This document shows positions 40,079 to 51,348 of a stretch of 64,000 bases of DNA, one piece after another. Position numbers and translations under genes: made by a program. Numbering within the stretch: the stretch's first letter is position 1; every line of letters starts with the position of its first letter. A model generated the notes under the pieces. The model saw only the letters and a program-made list of their open reading frames with translations, was not told the origin of the DNA and ran no database searches. Origin of the DNA: Yuukianura sp. NJ FZ-2021. Lineage: Eukaryota. The stretch lies in contig CM102286.1 of assembly GCA_046563655.1 (NCBI GenBank), positions 10,912,001 to 10,976,000 on the forward strand, read 5' to 3'.

Positions 40079-40390
40079 TGTTTCTATTGATTCTGTTTGT
40101 CACATTGAGTAGCTTCATACAACTCCAAGTTAATGCAAGTGAATGTGCAAATACTAGAGGTCGCGAGAGGTCAAGCTTGTTATCATTACGACCTTCGTCA
40201 TAATTTATTCTTGGAAAGTATATATGTAATCAAGTTCCAAGAAGTTTCACTACGACGACATTAGAATTCTCAGCAGTCGATAAGACCTATAGCTGGATGT
40301 GCGATTGTACGTATAATAAGTTTTCTTTAGTGATTAATTTTATTTCGAATATAGAATGTAAATTATTTCAGTAAAACAGGATGTTCAAAT

Positions 40391-42611
40391 TTATGGGCGG
40401 ACATTTTTACAGGGTGTTAGAGTCCATGTACATGCGTTTGCGTTTTCTGAACTAGCATACTCAGGCCCACGTGAGAGCAGTAGAGGAGCTTCATAACTGT
40501 AGCGACTAGAATGTGGAGGACCGTGACAAATAAACTTTGAAAAGGTATTCGATGCAGGTGATGGATAAAATTTAAACGCTATTCTGTATCCATATTGAGG
40601 AGAATAAGTTTTAACGACTGAAACTTCCCAATCCAAATTTATATTATAGGTTCCATCTGAGGCCAACATGACTCGATCTGCTTGGCTGGCGAGAGCCCAG
40701 TTCCTTTCGGGGTCATTCACCGTTCGGTGAAACCGAAAAACTACCGGGTCATTGTAATTGCTGCCTCGCACAGATTGAGGAGCCCATCTAAAGTGATATT
40801 TTCAAAATCATAGAAATTTTTTCAGGAACTCATGATTTTTTGAGTTAAAATAAGTTTGGCTAACCCGCATTCATCCTCGGTTACGTTTAATCCATCTGTG
40901 TATTTTCGATCTCGTTTCATTTTAATTTCAATATCTACAGTCCTAATTGCAGATCTTTGGTACCGTGGTGTGCCGGCATATTTCTGCAAGGACGGGTAAT
41001 TTGGCAACATTGCATTTGCATTTTGATGCCATTGTGTGATACTTCTTGCTGTTGTGCTGGGATATCGATTGGAAGGTGTAATGCCTTGAGGTGTTGAGCT
41101 GAAATTTTGATACGGTTGCGTATTTCGCAATGGCGTTTTGAGACTTTGTTGAGATTGTGTAAAATTTGGCGCTGGAGTGCTAGGACTTCTGTATGAATCT
41201 CGTGATTGCGTGCTAGGATTGTCGAACGATGGAGTAAAGGTTTGTGACGACGTCTTCGGACTTTGAAACGTATGTGTAACATCTTGTGACGATGTGCTGC
41301 GATTTTCATATGAATTTGTATATTTGTAACCTTGTGGTGTACTGAGACTTCGAGACGGAGGTGCGAAAGTAGTAGTTGGAAAAACGTCAATGGCTGAAGT
41401 TGAGGTGTATTCTGTAAATGCGGGTTTTATGAGCGGTTCTGACTCGTGGATAAATGCTGAGGAGCCAAAATTTTTAATGCACAACACATCTTTTGAAAAT
41501 AAATTTTGAATTTGGATAGGAAATTCTCTGAGGCGATTTGACGTATGGTGAACCGTGTGCGCCAGCTTAAGCGTGTAAGTTGATTCGAGATAGTGTAATT
41601 CTTCAAGTTTCTTCAAAACTGCGTTGGTAAGAAGCACAGCGTGTTCTGGCGAGTGCTTAGCCAAATTCCATACGGTCCACCGAATATCCTCAAAATTACC
41701 CTGCATGTAGTACGGTTGCGTCCTTAACAATTTGTCTGCTACCTGTTCTAGCAAAACTGTGTTGTCGTCTGTGCTCTGTATCAACGTTGCCGTCACTTCA
41801 GCCAACTTTCGATTTTTCATGTTTCGAATTAATGAGTCGACTACTCTGTCTCTGAATCGACGCTAAAAGGAATTAATACAAAAATATATAATGAATACGA
41901 ATGATTTTGTATGTAAATATTCGAAAAACGAAAACTTGGAATTAGGGATATAGGAAAGGGAGTGTTTAAAAAAAAAATTACAAACGTGGCTGCGAATCTC
42001 GATTTCTAATTTCATTTTTACCGCAAATTCTTCCTCTTTTGTAACAATTCGGGGCGTAAATTGATTATGATAGAATCTGAACCGGTCAAGGCATTTGGAA
42101 GAACCTTCTGAACCACTTTCGGATTTTAGAAATTCGAATCTTGATTTGAGCCGTTGAAATTTGGAGAATTGATTGTCGAGATTCAAATGTTGATTTCCGT
42201 GGAGTTGTTCAAAATCTTTTTTGAGTTTGTCTAGAAGTGTCTCAAGGCCTAATGTCGATTCAGAACAGTCAGAATTTGTAGCGTCATGCTCAAACTTTGA
42301 AATTTGTTCTAACAACTGCTGCGTGATTCGTGTCGTCCAAGCTTTGAAATTTGATTTCAGTAAGTCCTGTTGCTCTTGCTGCCAAATTGTCAACTGCTGC
42401 ACAGTCATGTCAGCCTGTGCTTGGTATCCTAGAGATGAGCAATGTTTTTTAAAACTTTCTTGAAAATAAATTATCCAAATAACTTCTAATATTGAGTTAA
42501 ATCGACTACGCAGGGTAAACCTGCTTCGGTTTTTAAAACAATGTTTACAATACTTTTACCTCGTGTGAACTTGAGCCACAACGTAAACCAAAGGAAATAC
42601 AGAGTTTTCAT
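40391..42611 (-). CDS. Secreted helical + putative beta-trefoil protein, paralog B (with S/T/P/Q-rich insert)
   Basis: Signal exon MKTLYFLWFTLWLKFTRG, the same exon layout as paralog A, and motifs FPIQIQNLF..VLCIKN, DPVVFRFHR..NDPERNWAL and CTWTL. Confidence 0.8.
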
Positions 42612-43208
42612 TTTTATTGTTGGTATGAAACTTGTTTAGCCTGGACTTTTTGTGGAATTAAGTTTAAGACTCAATTTTAGTAATATAACTCAGAAAACTA
42701 AAGTTATTATTGTAACACTTAGAAAATCATCGAGGAGTATGATTGCCACTTGTTCTGCAGAAAAACTTTCAGATAACAGTTTTCCTGGAACTGTTTTTAA
42801 GTTACGGAAGAAAAGGTCATGGGTCAAGAGGGAGATTACTATTTCTCAGTAATAGCCATTGCTCGAACCAAGGTAATCGCTGCATTATTTTTCGAAACCA
42901 AATGCGAGAAATTTTGTTATTACATCAAAATGCTTTAGAAATTGAGACAAGCGTAAATAAACTGAACGAGTGAACTCTTTCTTTCGCGTTATTATTTGTT
43001 AAATTAATTTACATGAAAAATAGTAAAAAAAAAAACATGCCATCTTTATTAATTCGTGTCTTTTAATATTGTAAAACATATACTCTCAACAATAAAACAG
43101 AATAAAGTTTTTTTTTTCTGTTAGGTTCTGTTAGAATCTTAAACAAAGTTAGGTGTTGTTTAAGATCCTTAGATTATTTTTGGTGATATGATTTGTGAAC
43201 GAATTTAA

Positions 43209-44821
43209 TTAAATACTCTCTAACGTCCAATGGCAGTTGACGTCACTCTGTGGGCCAAGACGCAACGATGTCTCCAAAACAGTTGTTTCAGTTTCGTATG
43301 AGTTCATCCCCGACTTTTTAGGTTTTTGACAAAGTGATTTAGTAACTCCAGTAGAAGCGGTTTCAATTTTGAATGCTAGGTCATTTCCGCTTTTTCTAAC
43401 CGGAACAAGTCTCCAATTGAAATTTTCACTTTGAGGCTCAGAACTAATGACGACGCTGTTCCTGTCGCTTCTGCTCAAGCTCCATGTACGTTCGGGGTCA
43501 TCTATCTTTCGCACAATCTTAAAAAGCGTGGTTGAATTGAAGTTTCCGCCAATGGGTTTGATATCCCACCTAAAATTGAAGCATTTGAATTTCTTGCTTT
43601 TGGATTGGATTTTTACTGCGACGAAACTTAATGGATTGTCAAAAAGTTTACATTTGACGTACCCACAGTTTTCAGCTATAATCAAGCCTTCTTCTTTCAC
43701 GGTTGCGACTTCTTGGTCTGCGTCATTGTCCACCGGCCATAGGAACTCCCTTTCTCGAAGGTAAAACTCGCTTTCCTGGTTGCGGATGCATATACCCGTA
43801 GTTCCCCAGAACAAATTTTGAATTTGGTTTGGGAAAGCATTTCGCGTTGCCTGAGATGCTTGACTGACGCGAGAGGCGTAGGCGAGTTGAATCGTACGCG
43901 CAGATGCCAATCCACCAAAGCTTTTTAGTTTGTCTAAAACAAGCTCAGTGAGCAAATCTGTTTGATGCGGCGTCTGAGATCCTAGATGACTTAGGATCCA
44001 GTAGATATGACCAAAATTGGAGTCCATAGCTGCTGAATTTGGAAACAGTTTTTCAATTACTTCGACCAGAAGAAGGTCAAGGTCACTGGGATCTCTTCCA
44101 GTGAGGTCAATGATTGGATCCACATTGTGATTCTGTATGCTTCGTACCAAAAAGTCTATTTCGTTGGGTCTGCTATTTGCCTGACGAAAACGAAGTCAAT
44201 AATGAGAAGTTTTCAAAATTGTTAGAAAAGAATCGTGGAATATGCATTTTTGAGCAGATATTGTTCACAGAATTCTAATTCACCGCGAGTATTATAATAT
44301 TTTACCTTAAGTTGTTCTTCGACATGATAAATTTTCTGCACTACCTTCCCATGGTTGGTCCGAAATTCTCGAATGCAGTTGCTGGCCGCTTCATTTCGTC
44401 CTTCTTCTCCCAAAAACTTTGACCTTGCTTTGAATTTTTCAATTGACCTTAAAAGGTCACCCAGTTCAACGTTACCGCTACCTCCGTTCAAATTTTGTTT
44501 TTCGAAATGAGCGACGTCCTTGTCTAACTTGTTCAAAACTTCTCTCAATCCTACCGTTGTTTCCGCACATTTAATTCCATCTTGAATGTTCAAAATGGAG
44601 GAACTCCAGGTTTTGAAAATATCTTCCTGCCATTGTTTTATAAGAGTTTCGAAATGACCATGTTGATTTTTCTGCCAGTCAGTTGGTTCTACTGCAAACC
44701 CTTCAATTAAAAAAGCGTGTTAAAGCGGCGTTGAAGTAACTTATAAAATTTTAAAAGACAAATATGTTTTACCTGTTTGATGAGTTATTGCAAACAAGAA
44801 AATTCCAAATACAACGATCAT
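43209..44821 (-). CDS. Secreted helical + putative beta-trefoil protein, paralog C
   Basis: Signal exon MIVVFGIFLFAITHQTG and motifs FPNQIQNLFWG...CIRN, WDIKPI...LFKIVRKIDDPERTWSL, WRLVPVRKSGNDLAFKI and CHWTL. Confidence 0.8.
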
Positions 44822-45459
44822 TGTTAGCCGATGTGAAAAACGAGTAAAGCACAAACTGCGCTGCAACTAGTACTAGAGACTGCCTGTTAAGGCTGTGCAA
44901 AATAAAAAAACAGGTCACCGAAGGTCAACTTTTTGTCATTATGTCCTCATCCCCAGCCGTCACGAATTCTGTGATACAGATAAAAACTTTTTCTTAGAAA
45001 CAAATCTGCGCGCTCTCTTCCTGATCGACGCTTGAAAAAAACGTCGAAAAGCATAAGGGATTTGATGAACACATATACAATAAATATGCATCTTAAATAC
45101 AATAAACTTCAACAGGTCTTTCAGTGACTTCTAATATATAGCTTAAACAATCTGACTCTCGTTGTTTTCTACTTGACCTCATTTGACCTTACTCTGGCTC
45201 CACTGGCATAATCTGGAGTACGGCGTTTTTATGCGCCGTAGCCCGAACAAATGTAAAGATTTTGAAATTAAATTTTTGTTTATTTTCGAACTGAAAAGGA
45301 CGCATAGCATTATTTTTTTAACTAAACTTTTGACTAGTTGTGTTTTCGACGTTACATGCAAAAAAAGCCCAAAATTTCAGCTGAAATTTCGGAAGATTTT
45401 AAAGTTTCGATGCTATGCCTTCAATGGTACAACAGATTTGAGGGACAAAACCTAAAACC

Positions 45460-47056
45460 TTACGTCAGACTTCGGACAGGAAATAGTTTAAACTTCATTC
45501 TCTGTTCAGCAACACTTCCAAACCACAAGTGATTCCTCTCTGAAATGTCTGCCACTTCTGCATCGAATTTAGTGACAAACTGTTTTACTAATATTTTTAA
45601 AATGTTTGTTGAAACATTTCTGCCTGGACATGCATGTACGCCGGCACCCCACAACCACAGTAGCTTAGGATCCATCTTTTCTGGATTATCGTCACGCATG
45701 AACCGCTCCGGGTTGTAATGCTGCGCATGTTCAAAAATGTCATTTCCCGGTTCCATTTCAAAAAGAAGCGCCCCAGGGACTGCTACCACGTCCACGTCTC
45801 CTACATAGTATGGACCAACTACCGAGTTTGCATGAGGACTACGAACACTGACGATTCCATTGCCATTTAAACGCATGCCTTCTATCACGCAGGCATGTAG
45901 AAGCTTGTTTCGTAGAGTTTCATCTATACTTGCTCCGCCCAACTCTTCTCGTAGTTGACGCCACAGATCCGAACGACTAGTTAATTCTTTTAAAATTTGA
46001 GAAGCTGATGACAGTGGTGAGGAAAGGACTTGGAAGTGCGTGGTGAGCAAGATTTCGCAAACTTCTTGTGCGGATAACTTCTGAGGGCCTTTTGCAGTCT
46101 CGCGAGGAGTATCGATCGTTGCCCGAATCAATCTGGATTCTTGCATACTCACATTATCTATATACGTTTGCACGAATGGCAACATGGCTTCCACGTACCG
46201 CTTCCTAAAGTAAACAGTAATGCGATGGAAAGTGTACTCAACAAACGTTGCTGGTAGAATGTTGCTCGCGAAGGCTGTTAGTATCATCCAATAGTAGAAG
46301 GAATCGTAGGACTGTGAAATGTCTGGCGTCATTGGAAAGGCAAACATTGCTTTAAAAATGGCTCTCACGTACGTTCGGCGCATGATGTCTTTGATGTTCA
46401 CTGCAAAGGAGTTCTTGTCTTTTAGTACATTTTGTTTAAGCTCTTCAATCGTTGCGTCCATTTCGTCGTTAACAACTTCTAAGAATTCCGACATGTGCGA
46501 GACAAAGACCTTCTTGATCAGTAACTTCATATGCTCCGCAGCATTGTACAGCTCATCTGAAAAAGCTCGACTAATGCCAGCATTGTCAACGTACTTGTAA
46601 AAGGAAAGTTGTTTTTCAGCGGAGCTGAAGTACTTATTAATCAGCTCTCGGTTACACAATACGGTCATTTTTGTTGGGCCAAGTTTTATGGTAAATATTT
46701 CTCCATAGCGCTTGTAGCAGGAGAAAAGGAAGCCTTTAGGATCAGAGGTCATGCTAATTAAGTGGCCAATTAACGGGATCCAGGAAAATACTGTAGGGAC
46801 GATTTTCAGTTTGGATTGTGTAAAACTATCGCTGTTTCGCTGTCGCTGAAATTTTCTTGCTTGATGAACCACAAGTGCGAAAATTACTACCAGAAATGAG
46901 GCTTCCAAGTACCTAAAAATAACAATTAGGTTAAATGGAAGCTAATGCTGAAAGAGTCGACTGAAATTAAATAAACTAATAAAACGAAATAAAAATTAGC
47001 TGCCGAAATTAGCGCTTTGGGGGTAATTTGTTTCTTCAAAAATTGTGAACTTACAT
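45460..47056 (-). CDS. Cytochrome P450 with CYP51/CYP7-like features; essentially single coding exon
   Basis: N-terminal membrane anchor, WIPLIGH...DPKGFL...YKRYGEIFTIKLG, EGMR (ExxR), YNPERF and the heme motif WGAGVHACPG. The open frame spans 45460-46912. Confidence 0.93.
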
Positions 47057-47749
47057 TTTCTATTAGCTCAACCTAACTTCGCACAAGCGTCCTCTTTGCC
47101 TGCCCGTGGGTTTATTCACGTTTAATTTGCTTTAGCAATTATCTTTCCCAAAAATATAATTGTGAGCTCTTGGTATCTGGTAATCCTTATATAAAGCATT
47201 TTAAAAGGTTTTAAGCATGTACTATGCATTTGAATATTTTGCGGTCTCTCTGCTTCATGTTTCCATGTTTTCAATAAAATTGACCACATTTAGCATGAGG
47301 AAAACTCGTAAAAATAGTGTATCCAAGGTTTAAAGTATTAAAATTAAAAAAAAGTCATAAATGCAGATTTTGAATTGAACCAAATGTAATTTAAAATTTA
47401 TTTAATTATGCTTCCCATCTTAATTTATGAGTACCTAACCAAAAAATTATTATATTAATTTGGCGGTTAAATTATCAAATTGATATATACTTGAATACCT
47501 ATTGTGTTAACTATCACCGTTGTAAAAAAAAAAAAAAAACTACCAATTATTATTAGAAAACTTCCTTGCGTTTTATAGTTCCGATTTATCGTTTTATTAG
47601 AATTGACACTAAATTCAATTGCTGAATTGAAGCTGCTAGCGCATATGTAATATGTTCCATTGGCCATCTTTATCATCAGTAATATTCAATGAGAAGTGTA
47701 TGTAGATGAAATATTAAATTAAAACGACCTGCAGAAACGACATTGAAAG

Positions 47750-48670
47750 CAAAATAAACCGTTGTAAACGCCGTACGTAAGTAGCGAAAGGAAGCTAGTG
47801 ACAACCCGGAAATTGTCGACTTCCGGTCAAACCGGAGCCGTATTAATCACCCCCAGGCTATGATAAACTGATTTGCAAGCCAGATTGCAAATCGGTCCAA
47901 TGGTGTCGAGGGTATAGTTAGTTCTAGTGCAGACAGACAGACAGGCAGACAGACAGACAGACTCGGTGGAAAACACAAAGTAGGTCATACTTTCCTGAGT
48001 AGGACGAGGGGCGCCATTTCGAAACTTAAATTGTCAGTATCTCTGGAACCGTAGGTCAAAGGTCAAGGTCACCTATACAAAAGTTGTTCGTCTCGATGAG
48101 ATGAACAACTTTTGTAAGGGTCATTTTCCCGATTTCCGTCAAAAATGTATTTGACCTTGACCTTTGACCCGGACCTGGACAACTTCCGGTCAAGCTGGAC
48201 ACCGATTACACACCCCTGGAACATGTGAAGCGCAACTGTGAAGGCAGACTGAAAATCGGTCCAGTGGTTCTGGAGTTATAGACGCGAATATCATGAACTA
48301 CGCCATTATACAACTTCTAAGGTCTATATCTTCAGAACCCCAGATCAAAGGTCAAGGTCACCTATACAAAAGTTGCTCGTCTCGATGAGATGAACAACTT
48401 TTGTATGAGTCATTTTCCCGATTTCCGTCAAAAAAGTATTTGACCTTGACCTTTGACCCTTAGGGGGTCGACTTCCGGTCAAACCGGGCACCGATTGTTT
48501 ACCCCCAGACCATGTCAAGTTCATCTGTGAAGACAGATTGGAAATCGGTCCAGCGGTTCCAGAGGTAGCTTGACCAGCAGACGGACGGACAGACGGACGG
48601 ACGGACGGACAGACAGACAGACAGACTCGGGGAAAAACATAAAGTAGCTCATACTTTCGCTACTTAATAA
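47750..48670. mobile_element. Helentron-associated (DINE-1/HINE-like) non-autonomous element with internal duplications
   Basis: 13-bp subterminal inverted repeat TAAGTAGCGAAAG (47778-47790) / CTTTCGCTACTTA (48654-48666), (GACA/GACG)n tracts at ~47930-47962 and ~48578-48626, and a ~115-bp block repeated at ~48055-48170 and ~48345-48460 containing a palindrome. Confidence 0.7.
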
Positions 48671-48784
48671 TCTTAGTAAGATCTCTTTAAGTTGAAACCA
48701 TTTTAGCGTGCCTTTAAATTTGAAATATTGTGGTAACGATAAAGTTAAAACTTATTATGCATTATGTCTTGACGGGGTTAAAAA

Positions 48785-50445
48785 TCAGAGAATCCGTTCT
48801 AAAATCCAGTTGCAAGCATTGTGGCCTTCCGACGGAATCTGGAGGCTGACAGGAAAGCGAGATTGTCCAGACGCAGTACTGTTGCCCGCTGAGTGCTGGC
48901 AGAGAGACCTTTGTGAAGGCTCTCCAAAATTGAAAGTGAAACTGATATCTGCGGTGTTGTATGCGTTTTCGCGAACTGGCGTCTGTGTAATGGAGAAAAC
49001 GGGATTAACGGTCCAAGCTATTTTTTCATCAGATGACCTGGAACTGAGAACAACGGAAGATCCACCCTTTGTAGCTAACCCAAAGTGTTTCTCTGGGTCA
49101 TCCACCTTTCGTTCCAGTCGGAACTTGAGGTCATGTCCACTCTCCAACGGTAGTAAAATCCAACTTTACAAAACGAAACAAGTAAAATAAAGTTGATAAA
49201 GCATTCTCAATAAATGTTTTACTCACCCGCATAATTCCTCCATTCGGTTAAGTGATTCTCCACGAAGTACCACGACTTCCAGTGGTACGTCCAAATTGTC
49301 ATTGTTGTTTCTGGTGGAGCCTGGGTAAAATACTTCCCGCAAATACATACCATTTCTAAAATTCTTTATGCAAAGCACTCTTCCCCAGATTAGGTTTTGA
49401 ATTTGAAGTGGGAACTTTTGCTTGATTTCTTGTGAAACGTCGAATCGGCGAGCCAATGACGCAAGTCTAATAGTGAATTGTGATGTGATGAGATTGAAAG
49501 ACGACAATTTGGCTAGTGTGCTGTTCACCACACTGTCTGTAAGACGGCGATCGTGACCTCCGAACTCGGTTAAAAACCAAACGATTTTTGGAAAGCCTCT
49601 CGTGAATGCTCCGGCAGTAGAAGAAATGTCGTTCAAAACGGATTCGATCAAAAAAACCAGTTCGTCCGTATCGTCAACGTCACGAATCACTGCACGCGTT
49701 ATATCCGAATCTCCGAGTCCGATGCCCTGTACAAGCAGCTCCAAGTGCTCTTTTCGAGCAGAGTCCTAAAAAAATTACTAATTTTACTAAAAATTACAGG
49801 ACTCCAATCACTCCTAGTCAAAAGCATTTTTATCATAAAAAAGAGAATCGAACCAGCGACTACGTTCACGTTCACGTACCTTAACCCCTCCTTCAAATTG
49901 TCTAATCTTGTTTTGAAGACTAGCATAACTTGTGTTAAACGCATCTCGACATCTACTTGGACCTTCCGTGACCCACTCTTCTCGTAAAAAATTTGCACGG
50001 GTTTTGATGGCTTCCAGTTGACTTAACGTGGAGGTGGGATTCGCACCAGTGCTTCTTCCCCGGCTGATCACTTCGACTGCTTCGGCATCAATCTTGCGAA
50101 GTAGTGCATTAATTCCTACAGTACTCTTGGGGCATGCGTTGGCTTCTGGATTCTGCGCAATGAGAGTCAGAATGTCCCTGAGTCCCGGTTGAGCCTCAAC
50201 TCGGCTCGTCCATTCTCTAAACAGTGAGTCCAACTTGGAGCGCTGTTCGGTTTCATTAAGAGGTGCAGATCCTGTGTTCAAAAAATTGAGATTTACAAAC
50301 AGAAAGTCTTTCGCACATGATTTTTAATTACAATTAATTACCAAACGATAGTTTTACAAATTACTAAAGTTTTACACTCACCTGAATTTCCTCTTACTTG
50401 TTTCAACACTTGCAAAATCAATATGATTGATACTAAATTTCTCAT
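48785..50445 (-). CDS. Secreted helical + putative beta-trefoil protein, paralog D
   Basis: Signal exon MRNLVSIILILQVLKQVRG and motifs C..STVGINALLRKID, FPLQIQNLIWGRVLCIKN, LCG|W, RKVDDPEK, AWTVNPV, SLCQ and CNWIL. Confidence 0.8.
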
Positions 50446-51348
50446 TTTGAACTGTCTGAAACCTGATTTGAAGCTGCAATTGCAAATATTTCTTAACAGA
50501 AATCCTAACTAATGTTTTATTTCAGTTTGTCGTTTGTTTCAAAATTCAAAATTCTCCAGAAATGTCCAACCAAAACAACAAACTTGTGGAAGCGTCATAT
50601 GAATATCAAATGTGAACTAGGAACGAGGGTTCTAAGAATTGAAGGTCAACATTGATTATTCGACTTCTTACGAACAGTTGGTAGTTTCTAAGAAAGCTTT
50701 TGAAAAAAAAGAACATCTTTAGGTCAAAGGTCAAGGGTCAGGTTCATTCCTACTCAAGTTACCTAGAAATTCTCTATAATTTCGACATAAGCATAAAATA
50801 TCGCAATTCCTGTAAAAAAAAAATTTTTTATCTCAGAAAGACGTCTTGTGCAGCACATCGAGAACTCAAATGTTGAGCAAACTATTCTGCGACTTAACAG
50901 GTCAAATAGAAGATAACATTATGTTTTGCAGCAGCCAATTCTTTGAAAATGTGACGTTAGCTGAAAATGGCATTAAAGATAATAGGTCAAACAGGTTCTT
51001 GGAATTGGTCAAGTTTTTACAGTAAATCTAAAATAAGCAACTCGAGATTACGGGATTCTAAGAAATCACATCATATAATTTTTTTTTGGTTTAGCAAAGT
51101 CTAACTTTACTGAACTTTGAGATTAACTTTACGTTTTCCAAACTAAACTCAACTTTCAGTTTTAATTTGTCATTGAGTTTAGAAGTGCTTTTCATCCAAA
51201 CAGAAAAAAGTCAAACCCTTCAAGGTGTCGTCGACACTTTCGAGTCCAACAAATATTAAATTGTAACAAGCATTTAACTCTATATTCTACTAATATATTA
51301 AAAAAATTATTTAATCGTAGTAACCCACAATTTTTTTTATTTTTATAG

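Noticed and set aside
47750..48670. Repeated blocks with palindromes as a CRISPR-like array
   Set aside because: Eukaryotic context, only two or three long degenerate units and no unique spacers; better explained as a transposon with internal duplications.
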